DNA of 64,000 bases from Octopus sinensis. Its lineage: Eukaryota. Made by a program: the position numbers and the translations under genes. The notes under the pieces are model-generated. The model was not told the DNA's origin, made no database searches, and saw only the letters and a list, made by a program, of their open reading frames with translations. This document shows positions 38,812 to 52,049 of this stretch, piece by piece. The stretch lies in contig NC_042999.1 of the NCBI RefSeq assembly GCF_006345805.1, forward strand, positions 105,772,001-105,836,000, given 5' to 3'. Within the stretch, counting starts at the first letter, position 1, and every line of letters begins with the position of its first letter.

Positions 38812-39179
38812 AAAGCTATGTGTCTTATATAAGACACAATTATATTTACAATTGGAATAATTAATTGCATTTTTACCAGTTGGTTTCTGAAGAACAAATC
38901 CAGGTAGCGAACCGGCGTAATCGATGGTTCAATGAATAACACATCTCTCAGTACTTGCTTAAACTCAGCAACCTGAGATATAATCACACCAAAGTTAATT
39001 GTGTTATTCATCCCTTCAGGTAGCGATAGAAACATACTATTTGAGGCAATGTCGTTGTTGGTAATGTTTGTGAGTCGGGCTTGTCCAATCACAAAATGTC
39101 AAGCAGATATTGAGAGGAGAATACAGTTAATTATTGCAATTGTAAATATAATTGTGTCTTAAATAACACACATAGCTTT
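38812..39179. mobile_element. MITE-like element with 60-bp terminal inverted repeats
   Basis: 38812-38871 versus the reverse complement of 39120-39179 match at 55 of 60 positions; ~250-bp non-coding interior. Confidence 0.8.
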
Positions 39180-39730
39180 GAGAGGAATTCTTCGATAATA
39201 TCAAACAATAGTACTTAGGCTTTCGTTTATTTTATTGCTCCCGAATGAAAGAGGAAAAAATAATTCGTGGGCTTTTAAGTTCAGAATGTAAAAAGTAGCA
39301 AAACATAATAGAAGGCACATTGCTTGTTCTAAAGAATCTGTCAGTGTACCGGACTCAGTCATAAATAATAGCAATGTAATTGAGTTGTTTGTGAGGACGA
39401 CGGTGACGGGGATGATGACGACGACTGCGATGATTAAGAGGCCTACGACGAAAATGATGATGGTGAATATATAATCTTATGAGCTTGCAATATGGCTGAG
39501 GAAACTCACACTACTGGTTAGTTCGTGAACACAATGATGACGATAACAGGGAAGCAAGAGGAGGGTGATGCTTATAAGAATTAACAGAATCTGAGTCGTA
39601 GTTATGATGATATGATTAAAAATTACAGTGATGATGAACAAGAGGTAATATTACTAAGGATTGTTGGATATTAGTAATCTTCAGTAGTTGATTCTTTATA
39701 ATCATCATATTACTAAAAGTTTATTAATAA

Positions 39731-40133
39731 GGTGGTAGGCTAGCAGAAACGTTAGCATGCTGGACGAAATGCTTAGCGGTATTTCGTCTGCCGTTACGTT
39801 GTGAGTTCAAATTCCGCCGAGGTGGACTTTGCTTTTCATCCTTTCAGTGTCGATTAAATAAGTACCAGTTACGCACTGGGATCGATATAATCGACATAAT
39901 CCGTTTGTCTGTCCTTGTTAGTCCTCTCTGTGTTTAGCTCCTTGTGGGTAGTAAACAAATAGGTATTTCGCCTGTCGCTACGTCTTGAGTTTACATTCTG
40001 CCGAGGTCGACTTTTCCTTTCATCCTTTTGGGGTCGATAAACTGAGTACCAGTGAATCACAGCAGTTGATATAATCGACTTACTCCCTACCCAGCCAAAT
40101 TTCAGGCCTTGTGCCTATAATGGAAATGATATT
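39731..40133 (+). mobile_element. Dimeric or nested Octopus-type SINE
   Basis: tRNA-like head (ggctagcagaaacgttag..gagttcaaattcc); the ~115-bp body occurs twice (39779-39894, 39963-40079) followed by two different tails. Confidence 0.85.
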
Positions 40134-41295
40134 ACTAAAGGTTTAGATGAGCAAATAATTGACTTAGCTACAGTTGCCATTTCTTGTATTCCTTCATTTA
40201 TTTAATTATACTGAAGCTGTTTGCAGGGAAATAAACGCAAAACTAATATTAGAAACATAAACATGCATTATGGAAGAAACAAAAGAAGGAAATTAATTTT
40301 AATTTGATATTGCCAAACAGGTAAAAATTAACCAATTACAGCTTTCTGTTCAGTAAATGCATATTTTCTATTTTTACTTGATTTAATATGTATTTTTCCA
40401 TCCTCAAAACCTATATGTAGCGATAGTTAATTTCAATTTAATGCTGCAAAAAGGCAACGGTGCTTAACATAATTAAAAGGAAAATAATTACAATAGTTTG
40501 AAAAGGTAAAGAAATACGATTAAGTGGATTTCCTTTAGTTTTTGCACTTGAGGTTATTTGAAGGGAGAAGTCGGAATGCTGATATTAATTACTTTCATAA
40601 ATTTCTCCGCATAAATATATTTTCAGATGTCATTTAATCTAAAATGCAAAACCTAAGAAACTGCAAATGCTACAAATTCTTTTTCAGTAGACAGGGTTTA
40701 TTTCGTATAGTGTGTAATCCTTAATGAGAGGTTCTTTATGTCTTAAATCCACTTTTCATCGGGCATAACACATTCAGGGATACAATGTAAAAATATATGT
40801 ATTTACGATTAGTTCGTTTTTATCATGATATCATTCTTAATTAGACATAAAACAGCGTGAGATTTGAGGAGATATACTTTATCTACTGTAACAAAATATA
40901 ATCTATCTAAAACTAGCGATAACTTTATGAAATTATTCTATTTCGGCACTTATAGTTCCTTGGCAATAGCTAAGTTTGAACATGTTGAATGAATATTTAT
41001 CTTATTGCCCAAACGTAGTCGAAACATTCATGCCAATGGTTTCCTGTCAGAAGTTTCCAGTCCCATTCGAAAAAATACAGAACTTACTTCAACATTTAGA
41101 AATTTACTGTTCTAAATCACTGTGTTCCACTCATATGGTAACAATGAGCGCCTATCTTTTCATTATTTGCGTTAGCAGCTTATTTGCTGAGGAGATCTGG
41201 AAGAAATGAATATCTTTTGATTGTTCTGCAGAGCATAGTATTCTGATAATTAGGTGTCCTCAAATACTCTTTGCACATTGTCATTGTGTATGTGG

Positions 41296-41297
<2 letters not shown>

Positions 41298-41387
<90 letters not shown>

Positions 41388-41450
41388 GTTCACCGTTTAC
41401 TAGTTTCAGTTAGAGGCTAAGGCCATGCTGAATCATCACTTTTCAGGGTG
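41298..41450. repeat. (TA)n followed by a minus-strand SINE 3' fragment
   Basis: tttcagttagaggctaaggccatgctgaatcatc resembles the reverse complement of the SINE tail at 44570-44672. Confidence 0.6.
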
Positions 41451-42251
41451 TTTGAGTCTCTTTTCAGCATTTTATTTCTGGGTGTATGTGCGCGTGCCTG
41501 TATGAAGGCGGGAAGAAAGTAAATATATCTTTCGTGTATGGAGATAAATGAAATTCTGATATTTTAAGCTTTACATCAGCTTAAGCTACCAGCAATCTCT
41601 TTTGTCTTACATCAATCGTATTTATGATATATTTTAAATCAATGGACATTAAATAGTTATTTCTTATATAGGTCATCACATCGAAAACTGTTCTTCACTT
41701 GTACTTTATTTTGCTGATCACGAAAAGAGATATTTAGATTTGAGTCCGAAGGGATATAAACACAGTACAAAAGACAAAAAAACAGTTTTCCGAAGCACGA
41801 ACCATTACGTCAATTAAATACCATTATAAGAACAAAAATAATGATTTGTTTTATTTTGACAATGATTATATTTAATATAATCATAATTGCTTCAAATAAT
41901 AAAATTACCGTTTCTGACAAACACGCTTACATTACCTACTTACAATATAATTATTCAGTTATGTTGTACTAATAGCCGTTACAATAATAAAACGTAAGAC
42001 AATAAATATTGCTGAAACTTTTGTTGCAAACGTGATTCTAACACAATCTTATGTACCAATAACAATGTTTTAGCTATTAATAATAGGTAGAAAGCACTTT
42101 TTGGTGGGCAATATAACCTAGGGGAATAAAACCATAAATCAACTTTGCACACGAGGTGCGTGATAGCACTGCAGCAAAGAGACAGATTTATAATGTTCAG
42201 TAATACCAAAGGTTTGCAAAATGTGATGTGGAATGAGCTAATTTCACTTGT

Positions 42252-42254
<3 letters not shown>

Positions 42255-42311
<57 letters not shown>

Positions 42312-42959
42312 ATACAAAATCGACCAGTGTGTGTGTGTGTATTTGCTTTCCGTGCGGAAACGGCTGCGTGAATTGCTTCCATACATGGGAAGCATGAATA
42401 ATTTGACCATGGATACATAATAGGGTCTTTAGTTTATTTTTTAGATTAAAATAGACAACATTGATTTCTATATATGATTCACTCTTTAACAAAGAAATTC
42501 TTCATTTCAGCTTCCCGTATTGACGTAGCAACGGCGACATTTTTTTGTTTTCATTTGCAAGACCTTTCACTCTCTATTTTAATGCTTTCATTTCAAGTTT
42601 TAATTTGCTATTTGCAAACAACTACGATAAATTACTAAAAAAATATTTACCAAATTCACAAATTTAAATATTCGGTACAAGAGCTTTTATTTACACGATA
42701 TTTTGCATTTCATGTTTATCTTGTTCATTGTTTGCAATGTTCTGTTTACCCCTCTTTCTTTCTTTCTCTATTTCTTTCTCTCTCTCTCTCTCTCACGCAC
42801 AAGTCAGTCACACACGCACATATGTGATTTTTTAATGTAAGTTTGTAAACATTTATGTATGAGTGTATGAGAAACATAGAGAGTGTCAGTCAAACGTGTG
42901 TTGAAATATATACATACATACATAAATACATATGCATACATCTTTTATTGCATGTATGC

Positions 42960-42999
<40 letters not shown>

Positions 43000-43060
43000 A
43001 ACAGAGAGAGTGAAAGTGATGTCTAAATGACATTCACTGTCTCTCTCCCTCACACACACA
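42255..43060. repeat. Cluster of (TA)n, (CT)n, (GT)n, (CA)n microsatellites
   Basis: Seen directly, with short unique spacers. Confidence 0.85.
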
Positions 43061-43349
43061 CTCGTATATATAAAAAAGATGTATGCATATTAATTTATGC
43101 ATGTGCGTATAAATGACAACACACTCTTCCCTCTCGCTCACACACACATACGTCCATTTCATCTGATGTTTGAAACTCTATGTATATGTGTGTTTGTGTG
43201 TGTGCTTGAGCGCACGTGGTCCTTCCACGATCGCCATTTATTTCAATCACTGTTGTGGAGATGTTCACGTAACTCAGTTTTCCCTTTAATCCCCATTTTA
43301 AGTTTCAAAAACGTTTCCAACAACAATGCCCTTACTCCTCTAGAAGAGG

Positions 43350-44490
43350 AGTCGGGGCAGATGTAAATGTTCAATATTCTACAGTGAAGCAAAGATGAGT
43401 ACACCTAGCCAGAGTCAATGTTGAATTCTGCAACATTGTTAACGCTATTTAATATGTTTGAAAATATATGATAAAATATATATGGAAATATATGATCAAA
43501 GCGTGTGTGCTGCAACATAAACTCATATGCAGAATGACATTCAGCGGGTGAATAAGAAAGACGAGGATGCACAGTATAACAGAAAATACATCAGTAGAAA
43601 TGTGACTTTCTGGTACATCTTCAAGTTTCCCACTAATGATAGGCACCCAGCTATCATTCATCTAAGTGTCCATCTAGAAAATGGACACAGGGTTTTCTTC
43701 ACAAAAGAGATAGCCTTACAACAAGCACTTTCTCCAAAAGAAACTACGCTTACTACCTTTTTAAAGTTGTGTCAATTAGATGAAGATGCAAGAAAACTCC
43801 TTTCCCCACAATTACCGAAGTATTACAATCGGAGAAATAATAAATGACACAACTGGAAATGGGCTGACGCTTATGCAAAAGTTAGAATGCCCCCACCACC
43901 AAGCCAAGCAGAATACTACTACTTATGGCTCCTTTTGTATGAAGCACGTGGTCCCAAATCATTCCGAGATCCGTGGAGGGTAAATGTTAATGTGTGTGAA
44001 ACTTGTAGGGAAGCGCGTTATCAACAAGGTTTTTTTTAGAAATGATGAGTATTGGGACATTGAATTGACTGAAGCATCAGTCTCAGATTCTCCAAGGAAA
44101 CTCCATAGCATATTGCAATTACACTGAACATGTGTCAACTTCATAGTCGCCAACCGCTTTGGATGAAGAATCATGAGCTCACTGGTGGAGGACTTAAAGT
44201 ATGCAGTTAAATAGGGAAACCAAATATCAATATTCTGATCTCTGTAATAATTTTTAACCAAGTACTGATTGAAATTGAGGATCAAGTTTTGGCCATAGGA
44301 GGCAAATTTTGCAAGGGTCTGGCGCTCGACTGCCAAAAACAAACCGTCAAATTAGTGGTTTAATTTCAAGAGACATAGCAAGAGTGACAAATTAAGACCT
44401 CATAAAATTGGCTGCGTTTGTGAATGAACATGAACCTAAACTTATTCCAGAACAACGCTGTGCATATGATCAAGTGCTTAGTGTTTTATT
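43350..44490 (+). pseudogene. Helitron Rep/helicase relic
   Basis: VNVEFC, RKYISRNVTFWYIFKFPTNDRHPAIIHLSVHLENGHRVFFT, PKETTLTTFLKLCQLD, TCREA..NDEYWDIELTEA..SPRKL match Helitron INVE / RYIS..EA.WR / HLAVHLENGQRVYF / TTLTAFF / FREAC..DD.HW motifs; many frameshifts. Confidence 0.88.
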
Positions 44491-44569
44491 ATTATTATTG
44501 TTGTTGCTGTTGTTGTTGTAGTATGTATATATGTAAGTATGTATGCATGTATGTATTTGTGTAGAATAA

Positions 44570-44672
44570 TTACTAGACTTGAAAATAAATAATTCGTTTG
44601 ACTAAAATTCTTCTTGGTTTGGGACCAGCATGTCCGCAGTCATGTGACGGAAAGTAATAGAAAGGCAAAAGA
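44570..44672 (+). mobile_element. SINE 3' fragment
   Basis: actagacttgaaaataaa..gactaaa..ccagcatgtccgcagtcatgtgacggaa, same tail family as 28820-28885. Confidence 0.6.
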
Positions 44673-46349
44673 TGAAATTGAACACTGATTTCGAAAATTC
44701 CAAGTGCGCAGAATTTGACTAACGGATAGAGAAGACGACTAACGATGGTATTTTGTGATAAAATGGTTATACGGCAGGTAGGAGAATAAGATTTTCGCTG
44801 CATTTATTGTGAGGGCACTATCATTCAGTAAAGAAATTAGAACCTTAAATACTTTACTCTGACATAGCACATTAACAAAATATGAGGGAATATAGCAGAA
44901 TGATAATATCTAAACAAATATTAATCAAAACAGCATGCTGGAAAACTTATTAGAATAATGCAGAAGATGATATTCATAGTAACAATAATGATCACGAAGA
45001 GGACGACAGCGACGAAAATGGATTGCCGATTGAGATACTTATGCTTATGATATCCACGATAATCATAATATTTATCATAATTATCATTACTGTTATTATC
45101 ACTATGTTGAAAATTACCATAATCATGATGCTCATGTTGTTGACTATAACAAATTAGATGATACCATTATAATAATAGAGTTTATTCAAGACCAACTTTT
45201 GCAAATTGACACTACTGATGTAGTAGTACATTTCTGCCCTTAGCATAACATATAAATATGTTTGCATTGTAATATTAACTAACTAGCAAACAGTTTACAT
45301 TTCCTTCTTCACATCTGATCGGAGAGCACTACTGATGGTATCCATCTTTCAAAAAGATTTCTACTATAATATGAAAATATTCATACTTGCATGAAAACTA
45401 CCACAACAATATTTGCGAATCAAATATTAACATAATGCAGTTAAAGCGATCCCTATTTTATTACAGGCAAGAGAAAAAAATAAGACTATATTAATAAAGT
45501 TCTTCATTGAGTATTGTTTCTAAAGATCAAATTTTAAACGTGTTACTTTATTTACATTTTCTATTTATTTTCTGGGAACCAGTTTTAATATGCTCCTAAT
45601 TATGCAAATGCAGTTTAACAAGCGTTTTTTAAAGAAATTTATGGCATAACAATGTTGAAAAGATAAACGCGAAATGAAATGAATAAAAGAAATTTTAATG
45701 TTATGAAGAAAAAAATCAAAGAAGCGTAAAATATTTGTGAAACGTACAAAATGTGAACAAATTCAGAGCCCAAGTTAACTGGATGAATTTAATAGCTGTG
45801 GAATTCCACTTAAAATGAATCCGTAGAAAATTCCGAATCCATTTATAATCCTTTCAAGCTTAGAATAATTACTACTTAGGATAAAATCTAAACATAATCA
45901 GTGATATTTCACTTAAATTGATTATACACGAAAATCTATTTTTCAACCAATTTTCATAAAGCTGTTCAGTTTCATTTGGACTAGATATACGAGAGAGAAA
46001 TGAAAAAGTAAACCGTGTTATTTACAATAAATAAAAGCGTAAATCAGTTTATTAATTTGACAAAGATTTACATTTTTTCCGCGCAAATAAACCAAGTGAC
46101 AAAATACTTAACACGAAAAATGCATTTACTGATTTAAAGGAAATTTATTAAAATAATAAAGGTTAAAGATGAACGAATTAATACAGTAGCACAAGATGCT
46201 GCTTTCCAAAATTAAATCCTCACTTTTTACATTACGCATAGCAAAAACACATTACATCAAAATATTAATATTAACAGAATAGAAAATTCTAAAGTAACCT
46301 TCCTTCAGATAAACCTCCTCTCTATCACTTCCGCTCTGTATCTTCTATA

Positions 46350-46351
46350 TA

Positions 46352-46416
<65 letters not shown>
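46350..46416. repeat. (TA)(GT)(GA)n microsatellite
   Basis: Seen directly. Confidence 0.95.
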
Positions 46417-46419
<3 letters not shown>

Positions 46420-46989
46420 TGAATTTTGTGCGATATTACACCTAATTGCATAAAATTAGCGCTCACGTTGACTAATTCTCTAACCTCCGATTTGAAATGC
46501 AATTCAAATAGCAAAAAGGTTACATCTGCCTAATGAAATATGTAATATATGTAGTGATTCAGTCGAAGAGGTACGTCTATAAGGGAATAGAAGTATAAAT
46601 ACACAAACAACTAGTATCAGGTCAGATTATTACAGTTTCATATTTAAACATTGCAACAGCATGAGGGGAGAATTTAATGTTCAGTTGGTAAGAGATCGAT
46701 AGAAGATCGGATGATGTATGTGTATAATGGTTATTGTATAATTTCGTATTCCCTCGGTACAGTTATATCATAAATTCGAATTACTAGCTTTGGGTAAAGT
46801 TGGTTATCGCAGGTAGAATCTAAAGATGGATTAGAAGAATGGATGAAGAGAGGAAGAATGTGTACAGATATTCACTTACAGCTGCTTCAAGAATACATGA
46901 ACTGGTTCTTCAATTTCCTGTAAATTATCGGCTGTCAACATTGTAGCTGCGACTAGATACACAGGTAGTTTATTTCCCTGCAAACAATC

Positions 46990-48070
46990 AACTAATAATA
47001 CTAATAAGTATGAGAGGCTCTATATGGAAAAGGATGAAGTTCTGGCGAACGGAATTGACATCAGGGAATCAAGTATTAGGAGAGGTGAAAATCAATAGAA
47101 AAATTTTCCAGGGGAAAATATGTCCCCACTGGTCTTCGTGCTGCAACTAATCCCCTTAAGTGAAATGCAAAAGAAAACAAATTTGGGGTGTGATCTGGGA
47201 AGAGTTAATAGATAACTGGACCACTTGCTATTCATGAATGACATGAAGCTGTTCACAAAAAGAAAAACCGAGGAAAAAATGGAAAACCTAGTCCAGTCTG
47301 AATATTTTCTCCCATGATATTAAGATGGAGTTTGGACTTTCAAATGTGGTACGATAGTGATGAGACGAGGAAAGCTTGTCATGTCAGAAGGCATATGGTT
47401 GCCTATTGGTGAAGGCGCAATTCAACCTCAATTGAGCGTGAAATACTTAGGAATACTTCAGGCTGATGGAATCAAACACAACATGAAGGAAAATACGAAA
47501 AGAGAGTACCTGCAATGTGAGAGATATTAGCTATAAAGGTGAATGCTAGAAATATAATTTCGGCAATAAACTCGCATGTTGTTGGAGCAGTCCTGTATGG
47601 CCCCGAAATCTTGAAATGGACATAGGAGGAGCTGAAGGAGATAGACATGATACCAAGACCACTCCCAATGATGCATCGAGCCCATCATCCACGTGCAGAT
47701 TATTATCGCCTAGACATGAAGTGAGCAAGTGGAGGAAGAAGACTGATAAGTGTGGAAGACTCTGTGCATATCGAACTAGAGAGATTAACGAGAATCCTAG
47801 CCCAAAATAAGGTAACTTTGCTAGCGTAAGTTAGGAACGTGTGAGTATTCAAATCAGAGAAAAAAGATAAAAGAAGGGAAGAATACAAAATGAACATGAA
47901 GAAGAATTACACACGAAGGGACAACGCAATCAGTTCTATAGAGCGACAATAGAGGTTACTGAAAAAGTAGGTGGGATTGGCTGATGAAAGGAACACTAAT
48001 AAAAGAAACCGAGAGCAATATACTCGATGAGATTTCTAAAGGATTATATGTCAAAATAAGAATGGTTAGG
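46990..48070 (+). pseudogene. Degenerate R4/Dong RT fragment
   Basis: GEVKINRKIFQG, DHLLFMNDMKLF, KMEFGL, KYLGILQAD, VNARNIISAIN, LMKGTLIKETES. Confidence 0.85.
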
Positions 48071-48149
48071 GAACCTAAGTAATAATATAAAGGCAAAAAT
48101 CTTCTAATCCTCCTTGCAACTGCGGAACTGTCATCACATTGTAGATAGG

Positions 48150-48430
48150 TAAAATCCTAACGGCTAAAATGGTATGATAAACAAAGCAGAAGTAAGAGGT
48201 GAAAGGAGCACCAAAGATTTATGAAGTGAAACTGTTTTGGAAGCATATAGGATATGGAGCAAAGAAAAATAGTTTAATGCTGAAGTTGACTGGACAGAAC
48301 ACGAGAAAGAAGAAATGAATTTAATTGAAGAATAGGCGCTGGATTCAATAGAAGAGCTATTGTGTGATTTTAGATATGTCTGCAAATGGCAATTCCCAAG
48401 GTTGTACCAGATTCTTCTGGCGGAGATAGT
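48150..48430 (+). pseudogene. Degenerate R4/Dong pre-RT fragment
   Basis: ttttggaagcatataggatatggagc..tttaatgctgaagttgactgg..aaatggcaattccca resembles the FW..IW..N..A.W..WKSPG region of the 52 kb copy. Confidence 0.45.
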
Positions 48431-48899
48431 TGAAAGAAACACGCGGAATTCGTGCTGAATCTCAAACTTATATCATTTAGAATCTGCCTGCCTGACAGAA
48501 GCAACTACCTACGCAATACCAAAAAACGTATGATACACAAAACTCGCAGAATTACCGCCAATAACATTTTAATACTATATACAAGGTCCTCATACCCATA
48601 ATACCTGAAAGAATGTACAGTTTCCTTGGATAGAACTCAATCTGTCAATAAAAGTGAAAAGGATGTAAATGAGATTCCTGTGTGCAAAGAATTTGAAGGA
48701 TTTTAGAAACTTACTGAAGCATAAACAAAACCTGAGTACGGCATTGAGAATTTACTAGAAATCACTTAACAGTGATCCACATAATAAATAGGCCATCTTG
48801 TTTCGGACTGTTCAAAGCTAACATCAAAGGAAAATAAAATTGAACCCGATGGTGTAGGGTATTGGAAAATATGTTAGCATTATCAAATAAACTCTCCTG

Positions 48900-49440
48900 C
48901 CTACTGGTAAGTACAATGTTCTGAGCGAATAGTTGAATGTAAAAATATCACCATCATCTGGTATTTCCAGCCAACAGAAAAATCTAGGTTAATGAACCAA
49001 ACATAATCAGGGAAAACACGCGACAGAATATTGTAAACGGACAGATATATGTCCCGAATGATAAGAATATATTTGTTAAGCAATTTGACACAGTCGGTGA
49101 ATAGAAAGACCTGGAAATTGAAATATAAAATACGTTGCATTTTAAAGTGAAAACCGTCTGTTATTATAGATTCTTTTGCATGTATAATAACAGAAAGTTA
49201 TTCATAACATACCAGGAGAAACATATCTCCAAAGAAATTCAAAAGACATTGTTGAATTATAGCGCCCAGATCCTTTGAAAATGTTTTATGTCATGTTGTA
49301 TTACATGAATGTATACCTGTACTGTTTACACTACTTGCCCTCCCCAAAGTTTGGATTGAACCTTAATATAAATCTTTACTTTCCATAAGGCGCTGCGTAT
49401 GACCAGGCAAATACTTGTCACAATCACGCAGATTAAAAGC
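48900..49440 (+). pseudogene. Degenerate R4/Dong 3' end
   Basis: VECKNITIIW..KDLEIEI..VKTV..NIPGETYL.EIQKTLL..AQIL, followed by (TAC)n(TAA)n. Confidence 0.7.
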
Positions 49441-49441
49441 A

Positions 49442-49566
<125 letters not shown>

Positions 49567-49578
49567 TAATAATAATAA

Positions 49579-49609
<31 letters not shown>

Positions 49610-49611
49610 AA

Positions 49612-50204
49612 GGAATATATTCACAGACATGACAGAGTTGGAACCTACATACATTGGAAGCTATGCCAACATTATGGAATAACAACAGAAAAAAGATGGT
49701 ATAGGCACACACTAGAAAAGGTCACAGAAAACGAGAAAGCAACCATACTCTGGGATATGCCGATACACACAGATAGAGAAATTAAGGCCAACAGACCAGA
49801 TATAGTTGTCAGAGATCATGAAGAAAAAAATGCTTTCTAATTGATGTATCAATACCGGCAGATGACAACGTGTCTCTAAAAGAAATGGAGAAACTCTCAA
49901 AATACAAATACCTGGAAATAGAGGTAATTAGAATGTGGAATCTGAAAACAGAAACAATTCCTATCATAGTAGGTGCATTAGGCATGATAAAAAAATTATT
50001 CAGACAAATACATAACAAAAACACCAGGACTTACAAACACATATAACATACAGAAAATTGCACTACTAGGCACTGCACACATCCTACGCAGAACACTTTC
50101 CATACAATAACCATCAGAGCATCACAACAAATCACAGCACATACCCAAGGCACACAGAGCTACGCTCGGTAGTGAAGTGAAAGCACGCTATAAAAATAAA
50201 ACTA

Positions 50205-50207
<3 letters not shown>
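49612..50207 (+). mobile_element. R4/Dong 3' fragment, copy 1 of a tandem pair
   Basis: EYIHRHDRVGTYIHWKLC..ILWDMPIHTDREIKANRPDIVV..LIDVSIP..KYKYLEIEV..IIVGALG..LGTAHILRRTLSIQ*, 3' UTR, (AAT)n. Confidence 0.92.
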
Positions 50208-50274
<67 letters not shown>

Positions 50275-50301
50275 TAATAATAATATATAATAATAATATA
50301 A

Positions 50302-50332
<31 letters not shown>

Positions 50333-50337
50333 AAGAA

Positions 50338-50928
50338 GAATATATTCACAGACATGACAGAGTTGGAACCTACATACATTGGAAGCTATGCCAACATTAT
50401 GGAATAACAACAGAAAAAAGATGGTATAGGCACACACTAGAAAAGGTCACAGAAAACGAGAAGCAACCATACTCTGGGATATGCCGATACACACAGATAG
50501 AGAAATTAAGGCCAACAGACCAGATATAGTTGTCAGAGATCATGAAGAAAAAAATGCTTTCTAATTGATGTATCAATACCGGCAGATGACAACGTGTCTC
50601 TAAAAGAAATGGAGAAACTCTCAAAATACAAATACCTGGAAATAGAGGTAATTAGAATGTGGAATCTGAAAACAGAAACAATTCCTATCATAGTAGGTGC
50701 ATTAGGCATGATAAAAAAATTATTCAGACAAATACATAACAAAAACACCAGGACTTACAAACACATATAACATACAGAAAATTGCACTACTAGGCACTGC
50801 ACACATCCTACGCAGAACACTTTCCATACAATAACCATCAGAGCATCACAACAAATCACAGCACATACCCAAGGCACACAGAGCTACGCTCGGTAGTGAA
50901 GTGAAAGCACGCTATAAAAATAAAACTA

Positions 50929-50931
<3 letters not shown>
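50338..50931 (+). mobile_element. R4/Dong 3' fragment, copy 2 of a tandem pair
   Basis: Identical to copy 1 by eye except for a 1-bp deletion (gagaaagc vs gagaagc). Confidence 0.92.
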
Positions 50932-51002
<71 letters not shown>

Positions 51003-51099
51003 GGTATATTGGGTTTCGATTATTTGAACTCCAGTGTCAATTTGTAGACATGTGCTGCTCTCTAACAAAAAAATAATAATGATGATGATGATGTTGTTG

Positions 51100-51925
51100 A
51101 AACTTACAAAAAAGGCCGGCGTCCTTAAATCTGATAATTGTGTAATTAAAGAAAAAATTAAAGATTCTAAGAACACAAAAAGAGCTCGCGTGGGAAAAAA
51201 ATGTACGGTCGTTTTGAAAAATTACGAAGTTCAAGCTAGATATAGAAAACCGGTGGCTACAGAAGAGGAGTGACCAGGAGATACAGACAGAAGCACTTAT
51301 ATGCATAGCTCAAGATGAAGGGTTAAATACAAACTTGCTGAAGTGCAGAATCTACAACATTACCGACAACGACAAAGGAAGAATACGTGGTATGAAAGAT
51401 GAAATGGGATGACACATCGTTAGCAAATGCCAGAAACTGACATTACGCGAATACAAAAAAGTCATGAAAATGTGGAAAGAATGTTCCATTGGGAACTCTG
51501 TGGAAATCGCGGCCTAGAAAGAGAAATTCTGTGAGATATAATGATTCAGTGCGATCACCTGACCAGAAATCGAAAACCGGATATTATCGTGATAAACACA
51601 AAGGAATAGCATGCATGATAATCGACTTAGCATGCCCTAATGTAACAAATATGACGATTTGAAGTAGGAAATACGAATATTTTGCTCAATGAGAACAGTA
51701 CACGTGGTACCAATAGTAACTGGCGCACTCAACTATCATTACGGCTGAAAAAGATTGATATGAAGGCAGAACACCTACAAAAATTCCCATTCCTTGGAGT
51801 TACAAGAATTCTTCACAGGGCTCTTGAAGCATAACCTGTTAACAAGTGTTGCCTCAATCTGCTGGCTGCGGAGAGCTGATACTTTCCATCATACCCAGAA
51901 AAATAAGCTGTGAGTTTTCATCAAA
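51100..51925 (+). pseudogene. R4/Dong 3' fragment of a different subfamily
   Basis: TEALICIAQDEGLNTN..HIVSKCQKL..HWELC..KPDIIV..IIDLACP..VVPIVTGAL..RILHRALEA*, then (AAT)n(AAG)n. Confidence 0.8.
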
Positions 51926-52049
51926 TAATAATAATAATAATATAATAATAATAATAATAATAATAATATAATAATAATAATAATAAGAAGAAGAAGAAGA
52001 GAAGAAGAAGAAGAAGAAGAAGAAGAAGAAGAAGAAGAAGAAGAAGAAG

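Noticed and set aside
42500-42545. CRE-like TGACGT and RFX-like TAGCAAC motifs
   Set aside because: Short motifs expected by chance in 64 kb, with no linked transcription start or exon.
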